Shown: positions 9,519-20,228, counted from the stretch's first letter. The stretch is 64,000 nucleotides of DNA from an uncultured delta proteobacterium (GCA_963733195.1 CAVTCR010000062.1:64001-128000), one strand, 5' to 3'. The notes: generated by a model from the letters alone, not told the origin. Numbers and translations: made by a program.

Positions 9519-10904
9519 ATGTCGCAATACGTCGAAAGCCCGGAAGCGGCACAAGTCGTCGAAAATCGCTCCCAATTGATTGACTACTTCTACCAGGCAG
9601 GAAAGCCACGCGAAGCGTGGCGGCTCGGTACTGAGTACGAGATGGTTGGCGTGTCTCGCCGGAGTGGCCGAGCTGCGCGCTATTCTAGTAAACGCGGGAT
9701 TGAACGCATCCTATTTCGTCTTGCGGATACCCTTGGCTGGGAACCAGTCGAAGAGGAAGGGCACGTCATCGCTCTGCATGGTGAACGCGCGAACATCTCC
9801 CTTGAGCCTGGAGCCCAATTGGAACTCTCCGGGGAACAGTGCGAAACGATCCATTGTGCTGACAAAGAGTTACTGAAACATTTCACACACCTCCTTCCGG
9901 CAGCAGAGGAACTCGATTTAGCGTTTCTCAATCTTGGGATGCAGCCGGTAAGTCCGCTCGATGACATCCAATGGATTCCGAAAACCCGCTACCGCTTTAT
10001 GGCTCCCTACATGGAACAGGTCGGTACCCTGGGCCATCGGATGATGAAACAAACGGCGTCTATCCAAGTCAATTTTGATTTCAGTACCGAAGCCGACGCG
10101 ATGATGAAATTCCGTGTTGGTATGGGACTAGTGCCGATCCTCACAGCCATGTTCGCCAACTCGCCGATCTCCGATGGCAGCCTCAACGGTTTTCTCACCA
10201 TGCGCGGCCATGTGTGGACCGACACCGATCGCCGTCGCAGTGGACTCCTGCCCTTTGCTTTTTCAGACCGTGCCAGCTTTGAGGACTATGCTGAATACGC
10301 ACTCAATGTTCCTATGTACTTCATTGTTCGTCATGGCCGCTGGATTGACATGACCGGCATTCGCTTCCGCCAGTTTCTCACAGAGGGGCACAATGGCGAG
10401 CGGGCAACCATGGAGGATTGGACCCAACACCTCACCACCCTTTTCCCCGAAGTCCGCATTAAGAAATACTTGGAAATCCGCTGTATCGACCAACAACCAG
10501 CCGAGTTGATGTTGGCAGTACCAGCCTTATGTAAAGGGATCTTCTACGAAAACGACTGTCTGTTAGCCGCGTGGGATTTGATCAAGAAGTGGGACTGGGA
10601 AGAGCGCGTCGAAGCCTACTTCGCTTCCCATCGGCAAGCGTTGGGGGCGCGAGTGCGCGGCATCACGTTGCTCGATTTCGCAAAAGAATTGCTCTCAATC
10701 GCCTGGACCGGCCTGGAGCGTCACAATCAGTGTAATGCGAAAGGCGAAAACGAAACAATCTATCTCGAACGGCTTCGAGAAGAACTCGCGAAGGGACAGT
10801 GTCCAGCCTATGGTGTCATTGAGAAATGGATGGGCGAGTGGAATTACGATGTCAAACGCTTAATTGAGGGTACGGCGTATCGATTGCCTGAAGAAGGCAG
10901 ATAA
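9519..10904 (+). CDS. gshA: Glutamate--cysteine ligase (GCS2, plant/alphaproteobacterial type)
   Basis: GTEYE, SLEPGAQLELSG, MFANSP, HLTTLFPEVRIKKYLEIR. Confidence 0.9.
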   Translation: MSQYVESPEAAQVVENRSQLIDYFYQAGKPREAWRLGTEYEMVGVSRRSGRAARYSSKRGIERILFRLADTLGWEPVEEEGHVIALHGERANISLEPGAQLELSGEQCETIHCADKELLKHFTHLLPAAEELDLAFLNLGMQPVSPLDDIQWIPKTRYRFMAPYMEQVGTLGHRMMKQTASIQVNFDFSTEADAMMKFRVGMGLVPILTAMFANSPISDGSLNGFLTMRGHVWTDTDRRRSGLLPFAFSDRASFEDYAEYALNVPMYFIVRHGRWIDMTGIRFRQFLTEGHNGERATMEDWTQHLTTLFPEVRIKKYLEIRCIDQQPAELMLAVPALCKGIFYENDCLLAAWDLIKKWDWEERVEAYFASHRQALGARVRGITLLDFAKELLSIAWTGLERHNQCNAKGENETIYLERLREELAKGQCPAYGVIEKWMGEWNYDVKRLIEGTAYRLPEEGR

Positions 10905-11046
10905 GTTTCAGCTTTCAGAAAACGGCTCCCCGGCAACAATACGATCAAGCAGCGTCGCGATCGTCGCGCATTCCAGACGAGCTGTTTCCTCTAAGTGCAT
11001 ACCAAAATATTGGCAACTCCGAGAATAGCGCGTTGCTCAGCCTGTA

Positions 11047-11133
11047 CCCTCACCCTATCCTCCTCCGACTACGCGAAGGACAAGCTCTCCCAATGGGAGA
11101 GGGCAGCAGGCGCGCAGCGCTGCGGGTGAGGGC
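11047..11133. repeat. Palindromic REP-like element with nested insert
   Basis: ccctcaccc...ctctcccaatgggagaggg...gggtgaggg with internal ctccgactacgcgaaggacaag. Confidence 0.65.
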
Positions 11134-11159
11134 CAGAGCAAGTAACAACCTTTAGCCTG

Positions 11160-11647
11160 CCCTGCTAGCCTGGACGTATGGAGAAACGGGACAAGCTAAA
11201 GAGGGGCTGGCTCAACTGGCTGAGGCTTTAGCTCTCGTGAACAAAAATAGGGAGTGGAACTACGAGGCGGAGCTGTATCGGCTCAAGGGTGAACTCACGC
11301 TACAGCAGGTAAAGCAAAAAGCAAAAGGCAAAAAAGTGGTCAGTCGTCAGTTCTCAGTTGTCAGTTCCCAACGCCCAGAGCCCAATCCGAGGCCGAAGCA
11401 TGTTTTCACAAAGCCATCGAGATTGCCCGGCAAGCAGCAAGCCAAATCCCTCGAACTGCGGGCCGTGATGAGCCTGGTCCGTCTCCGACAACAGCAAGCG
11501 ACGCAGGATGGATCACGCACCACGCAACACGAAGCACGCATTAGGCTCGACGAAGCTCACCAGATGTTATCCGCAATCTACAACTGGTTCACCGAAGGAT
11601 TTGATACGAAAGATTTGCAAGAGGCGAAAGCGTTGTTGGAGGATTAG
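11160..11647 (+). pseudogene. C-terminal TPR remnant of an adenylate cyclase/AAA-TPR protein
   Basis: EAELYRLKGEL, KSLELRAVMSL, IYNWFTEGFDTKDLQEAKALL; paralogous to the 29052 C-terminus; no N-terminus, internal frameshifts. Confidence 0.8.
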
Positions 11648-11723
11648 TTGAAGGATACTCTCAGGATTTACACACCCCTGTAAGACCGCTAAGACCTGAA
11701 GGAAGACCCGAGGAGCACCACAG

Positions 11724-12011
11724 ATGAAAACTATTAACAGTGTGAATTTGCGGAAAGACCTTGGGGGCGTCCTAACCGAAACAGAACACAGCGATGAGGG
11801 AGTTGTTATTACCCGCTCTGGAAAACCCGTTGCTATTCTGATCGGTATAGAGCGCTGGGAAGAGATCGAGTCGATCCTGGCGACCTGGGAACAACTGCAA
11901 GATCCGGACAACAAGAACAAACTGCGGGCTGCTAAGGCAGATCTGGCTGCGGGCCGGACTCTCTCCCATGAGGAGATTAGGGCTCGCTACCTTCATCGTC
12001 GTAGTGCCTGA
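11724..12011 (+). CDS. Phd/YefM family antitoxin
   Basis: VVITRSGKPVAILIG; TGATG overlap with downstream toxin. Confidence 0.88.
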   Translation: MKTINSVNLRKDLGGVLTETEHSDEGVVITRSGKPVAILIGIERWEEIESILATWEQLQDPDNKNKLRAAKADLAAGRTLSHEEIRARYLHRRSA

Positions 12012-12256
12012 TGCCTGACATTCTTTGGTCGCTCACGGCAGAGAGGGATCTCAGCAGGGTACCTGCCGCTATCCGCAAAGCTCTTATCACCAGAGTAGAA
12101 CTGTTACGAGAATACCCGCTCCTCGGGAAAGCTCTGCAGGGTGAATGGAGGGCTTTTCGGCAACTCGTTGTCTCCGGTTACGGTGTCGTGTACCAGTTAC
12201 TTCCCGAGAATCGTGGAATTTTCATCTCCTACGTTCGTTTTCCACGGTCGCGTTAA
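12011..12256 (+). CDS. RelE/ParE family toxin
   Basis: AERDL..YPLLGKALQG..RQLVVSGYGVVY; translationally coupled to antitoxin. Confidence 0.85.
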   Translation: MPDILWSLTAERDLSRVPAAIRKALITRVELLREYPLLGKALQGEWRAFRQLVVSGYGVVYQLLPENRGIFISYVRFPRSR

Positions 12257-12285
12257 GTCGCGCAATGCTCTAGGAGCGTGCATAA

Positions 12286-13590
12286 ATGTCGCACGTTGTG
12301 ATTATCGGTGGAGGGTTTGGTGGACTGTACGCCGCTCGTACGCTGAAAGACGCTCCGGTACAGGTAACCCTGATTGACCGCCGCAATTTTCACCTTTTTC
12401 AACCCTTGCTCTATCAAGTCGCCACCGGCTGGTTGTCGCCTGCGGATATTGCCTCTCCTCTACGCGCTATCCTTAAACGGCAGCGCAATGTCCAAGTGCT
12501 GCTGGCAGAGGCAACTGACATCGATGTGCCCAATAGGCGCGTTATCCTCAAGGATGGAGAGGTAAATTACGATACGCTTATTGTCGCCACCGGCGCACGG
12601 CATCACTACTTTGGCAATACGCAGTGGGAACAATTTGCTCCCGGTCTTAAGACTATTGAAGATGCCACGGAGATCAGACGCCGCATCTTATTCGCCTTCG
12701 AAGCCGCTGAACGTGAATCCGACCCCGAGGTCGTGCGAAGCTGGCTGACGTTTGTCATTGTTGGCGGTGGACCAACTGGAGTGGAGCTAGCCGGGACTCT
12801 AGGAGAACTCACCCAGGACACACTGCGCCATAACTTCCGCCACATCAATCCGACTGAATCTCGCATTCTCTTAGTGGAAGGGACAGACCGTATTCTTCCG
12901 GCCTATCCAGCCGAACTCTCCGCTAAAGCTGAGGCAGCGTTGGCGCGATTGGGGGTCAGTGTCCGTACTGGGGCAACGGTAACAGATGTTCAATCTGATG
13001 CAGTTATCCTACGCAGCAACGAGCAGAGCGAACAGCTTGCAACCCGCACCGTGATATGGGCTGCGGGCGTGCAAGCATCTCCCCTCGGTCGTCTTCTTGC
13101 CACTGCAACTGGCGTCGAACTTGATCGCGCAGGTCGGGTCATAGTGGCACCAGATCTCAGTGTCCCTGGTCATCCCGACATCTTTGTCATCGGCGACCTC
13201 GCCCACTACCGCAACCAACACGGTCAGCCGCTTCCTGGCGTTGCCCCCGTTGCTATGCAGCAAGGACACTATGTTGCTGAGGTGATTCGTCACCGTTTAC
13301 GTGGCCAGACACTCCCACCGTTCCAGTACCATGATCGTGGCAGCATGGCGATTGTCGGGCGAGCTGAAGCTGTGGCCGACGTTAGTGGATGGCGCTTTTC
13401 TGGATTGCTCGCGTGGTTGGCCTGGCTCTTCATTCATTTGATCCAACTCGTCGAATTTGAGAATCGCTTCCTCGTTCTCATCCAGTGGGCATGGAATTAC
13501 TTCACGCGCAATCGCAGTGCTCGGCTGATCACCGGAGAACTGCCATCCTCGCAAATATCACAGGAACGCAAGTCCCTTAATGAAATGTAA
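12286..13590 (+). CDS. ndh: Type II NADH dehydrogenase
   Basis: GGGFGG, FQPLLYQVATG, GGGPTGVELAG, VAPVAMQQG. Confidence 0.92.
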   Translation: MSHVVIIGGGFGGLYAARTLKDAPVQVTLIDRRNFHLFQPLLYQVATGWLSPADIASPLRAILKRQRNVQVLLAEATDIDVPNRRVILKDGEVNYDTLIVATGARHHYFGNTQWEQFAPGLKTIEDATEIRRRILFAFEAAERESDPEVVRSWLTFVIVGGGPTGVELAGTLGELTQDTLRHNFRHINPTESRILLVEGTDRILPAYPAELSAKAEAALARLGVSVRTGATVTDVQSDAVILRSNEQSEQLATRTVIWAAGVQASPLGRLLATATGVELDRAGRVIVAPDLSVPGHPDIFVIGDLAHYRNQHGQPLPGVAPVAMQQGHYVAEVIRHRLRGQTLPPFQYHDRGSMAIVGRAEAVADVSGWRFSGLLAWLAWLFIHLIQLVEFENRFLVLIQWAWNYFTRNRSARLITGELPSSQISQERKSLNEM

Positions 13591-13607
13591 TGGATTCTTC
13601 TGCGTTC

Positions 13608-13662
13608 GCCCTTCGACTACGCTCACCTGTGCCTGCGGCACTGGCGCAGGCAGGACAGGCTC
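13608..13662. repeat. REP-like element carrying a nested palindrome; uninterrupted relative at about 14828-14853
   Basis: cccttcgactacgctca[cctgtgcctgcggcactggcgcaggca]ggacaggct versus cccttcgacaagctcaggacgaacg. Confidence 0.7.
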
Positions 13663-13713
13663 CGGCGGGCATCCAAAGATAAGGTTTTGGGATGACTTGC
13701 GCTTCCTCGGCAG

Positions 13714-14805
13714 CTATTTCTCTAGCGTGGCAAACCACGGCAAAACAATCTGTTCGTTGATCCTATACGGATACGCGTGCCCCCAGTCGGGAAGCTCTCG
13801 ATAAGTGACGTTATATCCAATGCGCTCAAAGAGCTGGCACGCTTGACGGGCGGTCTCGATCGGGAAAATCGCATCGTGGACGCCATGCACGACAAGGAAC
13901 GGAGTCTCGATCCCTTTCTTCTGTCGCAAGAGCGGGTCCATCATCGGATGGAAGTCACCAGCAATCGGCGCAATGCCAGCAAATAATTCTGCTGACGCGA
14001 GACCAAAAAGGTATGAAAAGGTCCCACCGTCAGAGAGTCCGGAGAGATATACCCGTTTGCGGTCAACGTTGTAGGTCTCGCATATTTCCGTCAGCATCGT
14101 CTGAATCGAGCGAATGTCGAGCGGAGGTTGCAAAACTGACCACGTCGGCCCAATCGATTTGGGTGAGAGGAGCAAGTAGCCGTTGCTCTTGGCTGGCCGC
14201 AGCCACGTCCAGATATATTCATTTCCTTGCCCATAGCCACCGTGAAGACAAACGACTAATGGCCAGTCTTGTTGTGGCGTGTAATTTTCTGGAACATAGA
14301 GTGAATATTCGTGATGTGTGTTGGTTCGTCCTTTGTGAATAAATCCGACTGGCACTGTCAGTCCAGAAGCTCGCGTTTCTAGTTGCTGCCATGAAGGGAG
14401 AGCCTCAGCCGTCACCCAATACTGCTGCAACGCTGGTAGTTGCTCCCGAAGCTCATACAAGAGGTATAATCCTTGACACCAACTTTGCCGACTGCGGAGA
14501 AACCACTCGGCAAAACTGCGACCAGATCCTTTGAGCAACGCAGTATACGCGTCGCCACAGGAGGAGACGGCCTGGGCGAACTTGGCCTGGAATTCTCGCG
14601 CGGGTTCTGGTGGTGGCAGTTTTGTGACTTCCTCGGTGAGGGTGGGAAACAGATTTTCTCCTATAGCACGTACACGCTCCTGTGCTTCTCGTTCACGGCC
14701 AATCAGAATCTCTTCTTGCATCGCCTCAAGTATACGAAGGAATGGGAGGAGTTGTTCTTCGGTCTTTTGTATCGTCTCCCAGTATTCTCTGTTCGTCGCT
14801 TCCAT
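13714..14805 (-). CDS. Phospholipase/carboxylesterase-type alpha/beta hydrolase with N-terminal helical domain
   Basis: CLHGG, GLSDGG nucleophile elbow, HGVHD, WGHAY. Confidence 0.85.
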   Translation of the reverse strand: MEATNREYWETIQKTEEQLLPFLRILEAMQEEILIGREREAQERVRAIGENLFPTLTEEVTKLPPPEPAREFQAKFAQAVSSCGDAYTALLKGSGRSFAEWFLRSRQSWCQGLYLLYELREQLPALQQYWVTAEALPSWQQLETRASGLTVPVGFIHKGRTNTHHEYSLYVPENYTPQQDWPLVVCLHGGYGQGNEYIWTWLRPAKSNGYLLLSPKSIGPTWSVLQPPLDIRSIQTMLTEICETYNVDRKRVYLSGLSDGGTFSYLFGLASAELFAGIAPIAGDFHPMMDPLLRQKKGIETPFLVVHGVHDAIFPIETARQACQLFERIGYNVTYRELPDWGHAYPYRINEQIVLPWFATLEK

Positions 14806-14926
14806 CAGTACACCTCGTTTCCACTTCGCCCTTCGACAAGCTCAGGACGAACGATTGATTCGGCGCGCACAGCGCGCCCTACATTTTCTACCCATCCGCA
14901 ATCTGCAATCCGCAATTGACAATTTC

Positions 14927-15539
14927 CTACTTTCCAATTTTCACACTCATCTCCTCACCCATGCCAATCGACAGGAGCTGACTGCGTACATTTGAATAGG
15001 CACGAACATGTTCCTGATACCGCTGCATAGTTTCCTGAAACGTCGCTGGATAAGTGATGTTATCAGCAACGACACAGCCACCGACACGCAGTTTTGGTAG
15101 CAGGGCATCGAAGTAAGCAATGTAGTCGTCTTTCCACGCGTCGACAAATGCCAAGTCAATTGGCCCGTTGAGCTCGCGGACAATTTGTTTTGCATCACCA
15201 AAGCGGACTTCGACAATATCTGACAATCCCGCACGAGCAAGATTGCTCACCGCTTGTTTATGTTTGGCTTCGATCGCTTCCATACCAATGACCTGGCCGC
15301 CAGTTGCGCGTGCAGCTTCTCCCAACCAAATGGCGGTGTAGCCGATCGACGTTCCCACTTCGACAATCCGTTTCGCACCCGTCGTACGGATCAAGAGATT
15401 CAAAAAGCCCGCCGTCTCCGGTCCAGCCGCCAAGGCAAATTGATCAACGTCAATCGGTCGCCCAGAGTTGAATTCTTCAGCTTCACGTTTCAAGCGTTCA
15501 TGAAGTTCATCCAATACCTATCTGCACTCGTTGTTCCAT
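14927..15539 (-). CDS. O-methyltransferase (COMT/CCoAOMT-like); frameshift near 15520
   Basis: EVGTSIGYT, FVDAWK, VADN; RBS GGAGG + ATG 15539 (MEQRVQ) is out of frame with ORF 14927..15514. Confidence 0.88.
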
Positions 15540-15678
15540 TGTTCCTCCAGCTCTGTTACGCCAAATGATGAACGTGAATGATAACGGTGAACGACACATA
15601 GAACACGAAGTCACTTTTCCCAGAAGATCGTGCGCATACTCCGTTACAAAGCTAATTCATCATTCTGCATTTTCCTCC

Positions 15679-17199
15679 CTACCGCAGGTTCAACCGCTTC
15701 ATGATCCTCGACAGGTTTGACTGCGGAAGCTGCAAACGTCGCGCGGCCTCAGTCTGATTCCCCCCTGAGGCCGCTAGCGCCTTGCGGATTCGCATCCGAG
15801 AGAATTCGTCGATTGCTAAAGACAGGGATAACGATTCATCAATTTCGTCAACAGTAGAGGTTCCGTCTGACCTGACGCCGGACTGCCCATTCATTCCAAC
15901 TGGCAGATCGGCCAGCGTTATACGTACTCCTTGCGAAAGTACGACTGCACGTTCAATGGTGTTTTGTAGCTCGCGCACATTTCCTGGCCAAGCGTAGTTC
16001 TGCAAACGATCGAGCGCCTCTGGCTCGATCGTCATCGGCATGTGGTTCATCTCACGGCAGTAGTGCTCAACAAAATGGTGAACCAAAGCGGAAATATCCT
16101 CACGACGTTCTCGTAGTGCAGGAAGAGTCAAAGCAACAACATTGAGGCGATAGTACAAATCCTCACGAAATGTGCCTTTGCGCATCGCCTGCTGTAAATC
16201 ACGATTCGTCGCCGCAAGAATGCGAACATCGACATGGAGGTCTTTCACGCCGCCCACGCGTTGGAACTCTTTGTCTTGTAAAACCCGGAGCAACTTCACT
16301 TGCAGATTCGGAGCAAGATCGCCAATTTCATCCAGAAAAATGGTGCCACCGTCTGCCAGCTCGAACTTTCCCTTTTTCTGAGCAATGGCGCCAGTAAAGG
16401 CTCCTTTCTCGTGTCCGAACAGCTCGCTCTCCAGCAACTCTGGGGTCAGCGCGGTACAGTTCACCGCAATAAACGGTTGCTCTGCACGTGGACTCCATTC
16501 ATGAATCGAACGGGCCACAACTTCTTTCCCAGTGCCGCTCTCACCAAGGAGTAGCATAGTGCTCGGCGTTGCCGCTGCTACCCGTGCCAAGCGTAAGACC
16601 TCCTGCATTGCTGCGCTTGACCCAGTCACCAGGCGGTACCGGCCCTGTACGGTTTCCTGAAAGGCAGCGCTGACATTACGCACGCTGGCAAATGCCCTAG
16701 CACGCGAGAGCGCGGTCGTCGCTAAACTCGCAAACGCTGAGAAGAGATGCAAGTCAGCGTCAGTAAATCCCTCAGGCGTAGTCGTGTTTAACGCTTCGAT
16801 CACGCCGATAACACGATCATACTGTTTAAGGGGAGCACACATCACTGACTTCGTTTCGAACCCTGTCTGTTGGTCAACCCCCGTGAAGAATCGTGGGTCC
16901 TGTGACACATCATTAGAGAAAACTTCTTGCCCTCTCCGTGCGACCCAGCCCGCAATCCCTTGGTCGAGCGCAATACGAAATTCAGCGACTTTGGCTTTTC
17001 CCTCCATCGTGGTGAATGCAAGCTGCTGGGCAGCCGCATCGACTAATCCGATACTGCACCCTTCAACAGCAAACAGGCGAATCGCTGCGGCAAGAATAAC
17101 GTGTAGCAACTCCTCCGGCTCTACTGTGCTCACCAAGAGCTGGTTCATCTCGATTAGACTCGTGAGCCGTGCCTGCGCTTGTTCGAGATCTGTTGGCAT
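15679..17199 (-). CDS. Sigma54-dependent activator (GAF-AAA+-Fis HTH)
   Basis: GAF (GIAGWV..DPRF), [32 protein letters not shown]. Confidence 0.95.
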   Translation of the reverse strand: MPTDLEQAQARLTSLIEMNQLLVSTVEPEELLHVILAAAIRLFAVEGCSIGLVDAAAQQLAFTTMEGKAKVAEFRIALDQGIAGWVARRGQEVFSNDVSQDPRFFTGVDQQTGFETKSVMCAPLKQYDRVIGVIEALNTTTPEGFTDADLHLFSAFASLATTALSRARAFASVRNVSAAFQETVQGRYRLVTGSSAAMQEVLRLARVAAATPSTMLLLGESGTGKEVVARSIHEWSPRAEQPFIAVNCTALTPELLESELFGHEKGAFTGAIAQKKGKFELADGGTIFLDEIGDLAPNLQVKLLRVLQDKEFQRVGGVKDLHVDVRILAATNRDLQQAMRKGTFREDLYYRLNVVALTLPALRERREDISALVHHFVEHYCREMNHMPMTIEPEALDRLQNYAWPGNVRELQNTIERAVVLSQGVRITLADLPVGMNGQSGVRSDGTSTVDEIDESLSLSLAIDEFSRMRIRKALAASGGNQTEAARRLQLPQSNLSRIMKRLNLR

Positions 17200-17339
17200 A
17201 CCAGTTCGATATATCACTTTAGTATTGCAGGCAAAGGGTGAACGAGCTGGGCTTCCTGCGGTCTAAGTGAGAGTAGAAAAAATTTCAGCAAAATAGCTAC
17301 TTTTCGTTTCCTCGAGTTTTTTTATGACGGTCATCCTCC

Positions 17340-17355
17340 TGGCACATTTTCTGCT
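17340..17355 (+). promoter_or_regulatory. Sigma54 (-24/-12) promoter
   Basis: TGGCAC-ATTTT-CTGCT with GG and GC 12 nt apart, divergent from a bEBP gene. Confidence 0.8.
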
Positions 17356-17406
17356 CAGACACTCTAAGTGAGAATAATAGAAACGAAAGGAAAGGGGGTA
17401 CATCCC

Positions 17407-17616
17407 ATGTTGAACTTCATCTCTATGGTTGGTCCTGCAAGCGCGACGGTCAATTTTACCGATGATTTCTCTATCCTCTTGTCTGGCTTGATTGGTTTGA
17501 TCTGGTTGTCGGCAGGGATGATCATCGTCTCAGCTCTACGAGAAGCATTCTCTCGACCAGTAAAACCTGCGCCGCTCATGACGAATGACGTTCCGGAACA
17601 TCGGCTCGCCGCGTAA
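17407..17616 (+). CDS. Small single-TM protein (69 aa) ending in HRLAA
   Basis: Purine-rich RBS, ATG 17407, hydrophobic core ILLSGLIGLIWLSAGMIIVSAL. Confidence 0.7.
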   Translation: MLNFISMVGPASATVNFTDDFSILLSGLIGLIWLSAGMIIVSALREAFSRPVKPAPLMTNDVPEHRLAA

Positions 17617-17669
17617 CACTAGGAATCACAATACCCATCACCATCGACAAAGAAGAGGAGACTCAACTC

Positions 17670-17897
17670 ATGGCACACAATATTTCGTACAATCTCTCAT
17701 CGCATCTGGAAGCACGAACGACAACAACACCAGCGCAGCCGATGACATCCCATGAGTGGTTCCATGCACGGCAGGCTGTTTCTGGTATCGCAGGAGAACA
17801 TATCGCCGGTGCTGTCCTTACTGCGGTATTGGTAATCTGGGGTGGCTGGCTGATGTGGGCACTTTCGCACGCAATAGAAACATACCGCGTCTTTTAA
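17670..17897 (+). CDS. Small single-TM protein (75 aa)
   Basis: Strong RBS AGAGGAG; C-terminal TM IAGAVLTAVLVIWGGWLMWAL. Confidence 0.7.
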   Translation: MAHNISYNLSSHLEARTTTTPAQPMTSHEWFHARQAVSGIAGEHIAGAVLTAVLVIWGGWLMWALSHAIETYRVF

Positions 17898-18018
17898 GGG
17901 TGTTGAGTAATCAAGAGGAGGGGTCCCCGTTTCTCTCTCATCCTGATCTTCTCCCCTGAGGGGAGAAGGGACCTATAGCCGTGTCTGCCTAACAAGTACC
18001 GCACCCTATTGCTTTTCA

Positions 18019-19575
18019 CTACAATCGTAACGGCCACGACAATAGGGGACGCTCGGCGACAGGTCGGGGAAAACGTTCCCCACATACGTAATCGAACGAA
18101 CGTATAATCACTGAGCGTGTGGCACGTGGGTCGATCACATCATCAATATGAAAGTCCCCGGCAGCTCCCCACGGAGCAGTATTGAAGTCGGTACTCTCAG
18201 CTAAAATCCGTTCGCGCTCTGCATCCGGATCTGCTGCAGCCGCGATCCGTTTTCCGTGTACGACGTTCACACCAACGCGAGGGTCGATAAAAGAAATATC
18301 TGCACCCGGCCAGGCATAGATAAAGTCGTTATTCGAGTTTGTTCCCGCCATGCTGAAAAAAGCCATTCCATACGCTTTGCGAATGATGATGGTCACCTTC
18401 GGCATTGTTGCTAGAGCCAGTGCCTGAAACCAGCGGAGAATCTTCGTGATGATTCCGGCGCGTTCTGCTTCACGACTGACAAAAAAGCCTGGGACATCTT
18501 GCAGATATACCATCGGAATGTTGAATGCCTCACATAGACAGGTGAAGTGTATCGCCTTGTCACAGCCTGCGGCATCAATTGACCCAGCAAAGAAGTAGGG
18601 GTTGCTAGCAATAATGCCAACAGAGCGCCCACCAATGCGAGCAAGAGCAGTGATGAGCGACGGACCATACTGTGGTCGTAACTCAAGGAACGTGCCGTCG
18701 TCGGTGAGACGTGGAATCATCCTACGCATGTCGTACCCGCGATTGCGACGTTTCGGTATCATCTCCGGCAGTTTTTCGTCGAGCATATCGTAGTTCTCAT
18801 CCCACGCGGTCCGCGTTGGGATTGACTCGGCATTTTGCGGCATGAACGATAACCAGTGACGAATTTGAGAGAATGCCTCCATTTCATCCTCTGCTACCAC
18901 GTCAAGTTGTCCGGTCAATTGAGCATGGACCTCGACGCCGCCGAGGTCTTCGAAATCGACCTTCTCACCAGTTGCAATTTCAATCACCCGTGGTGATGAA
19001 ACCGCCATACAGGTTCCACGCATCTGCACAACGAAATCCGAGACAGCGGCATACCACGACGACCCACCGAACGATTCACCGAGAATCGCAGTGATCATCG
19101 GCACTGTCCGATTGCGTTTCACTAACTCGAGGGACACGCCAAATCGCGGCAACCCGCGCGAAGTCATAATGTCAGGAATTCGTGCTCCGCCGCATTCACC
19201 GAGGAAGATAAACGGAAAGCCGTGCTTGTATGCCATGTTCTCGATGCGTTCGACTTTCTTCATCCCAACGTATGACGAGCTAGCGTGAAACACGGTGACA
19301 TCATCTGCGCCCACACCAACTTTGCGTCCGGCAATAGTGCCGAGGCCAATAATTTTGCCATCACCTGGAGAGCGGTCAGCAACTTCATCGCGCTCAGAGT
19401 GTGCCAGTGCTCCAAGTTCCATGAAGCTACCGGGATCGAGTAGTGCTGAGATCCGTTCACGGGCAGTCATGCGACCTTTACGGTGCTGGGCCTCAATCTT
19501 GTCTGGCCCACCCATATTGGTAATCACCTGTTCTTTTCGACGTATGAGTTCTTGAATGTCTTTATCTTCAGTCAT
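18019..19575 (-). CDS. Acyl-CoA carboxylase carboxyltransferase subunit (PccB/MccB family)
   Basis: GRMTARERI, GGARI, DVPGF, IRKAYG, VIDPRATR. Confidence 0.9.
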   Translation of the reverse strand: MTEDKDIQELIRRKEQVITNMGGPDKIEAQHRKGRMTARERISALLDPGSFMELGALAHSERDEVADRSPGDGKIIGLGTIAGRKVGVGADDVTVFHASSSYVGMKKVERIENMAYKHGFPFIFLGECGGARIPDIMTSRGLPRFGVSLELVKRNRTVPMITAILGESFGGSSWYAAVSDFVVQMRGTCMAVSSPRVIEIATGEKVDFEDLGGVEVHAQLTGQLDVVAEDEMEAFSQIRHWLSFMPQNAESIPTRTAWDENYDMLDEKLPEMIPKRRNRGYDMRRMIPRLTDDGTFLELRPQYGPSLITALARIGGRSVGIIASNPYFFAGSIDAAGCDKAIHFTCLCEAFNIPMVYLQDVPGFFVSREAERAGIITKILRWFQALALATMPKVTIIIRKAYGMAFFSMAGTNSNNDFIYAWPGADISFIDPRVGVNVVHGKRIAAAADPDAERERILAESTDFNTAPWGAAGDFHIDDVIDPRATRSVIIRSFDYVCGERFPRPVAERPLLSWPLRL

Positions 19576-19730
19576 CGACAGGTCTCCCCATGGTCAGCGT
19601 TTAATCGTGAGCTATCAGAAAAGAGAAGGTGAGGACTAGGGGTGAGAGATGAGGAGAGGGGAAAGAAGAACCCACGAGGTTGTGAACGTTGACAGGAGAA
19701 TAAGACTATACCAGAGTATAAAGGTAACCA

Positions 19731-20228
19731 ATGAACCGCCTTCCCATCACTCTTTTCTGGCTCCTTGTCGCCCTCTTTGTGAGCTATGTCATCTCATCGT
19801 CATCGGTACTGCCCAAGCAAATGGCAACGCATTTTGACGGTGGGGGAATGCCAAATGGCTGGATGTCTCGTAATGGTTATATCCGATTTATGCTCGCGTT
19901 TGGACTCGGCGTTCCATTTTTCGTCGTAGGACTTCATTACTTCCTCGCACGTTATGCTGGCAACCAATTCAACATTCCTAACCGTGAGTATTGGCTTGCA
20001 CCAGAGCGACGCGCCGATACGTTGCGTTTTGTGATCTATCATTCTTGGTGGCTGGGCTGTCTCATGCTGTTGTTTATCCTGGCCAGTCATTATCTGCTTC
20101 TTGCCACCAATCGTTCGTCCCCCCCGCACCTGCCCACCGTCCCGTTTCTTCTGCTTATCGTTGCGTTTCTCGTTGCGCTCGGTGGTTGGATTGTCGTACT
20201 CATGACCCGCTTCCGCAAAAAGTCGTAG
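19731..20228 (+). CDS. DUF1648-type membrane protein
   Basis: LP..MATHFDGGGMPNGWMS, NIPNREYWL; 4 TM helices. Confidence 0.8.
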   Translation: MNRLPITLFWLLVALFVSYVISSSSVLPKQMATHFDGGGMPNGWMSRNGYIRFMLAFGLGVPFFVVGLHYFLARYAGNQFNIPNREYWLAPERRADTLRFVIYHSWWLGCLMLLFILASHYLLLATNRSSPPHLPTVPFLLLIVAFLVALGGWIVVLMTRFRKKS

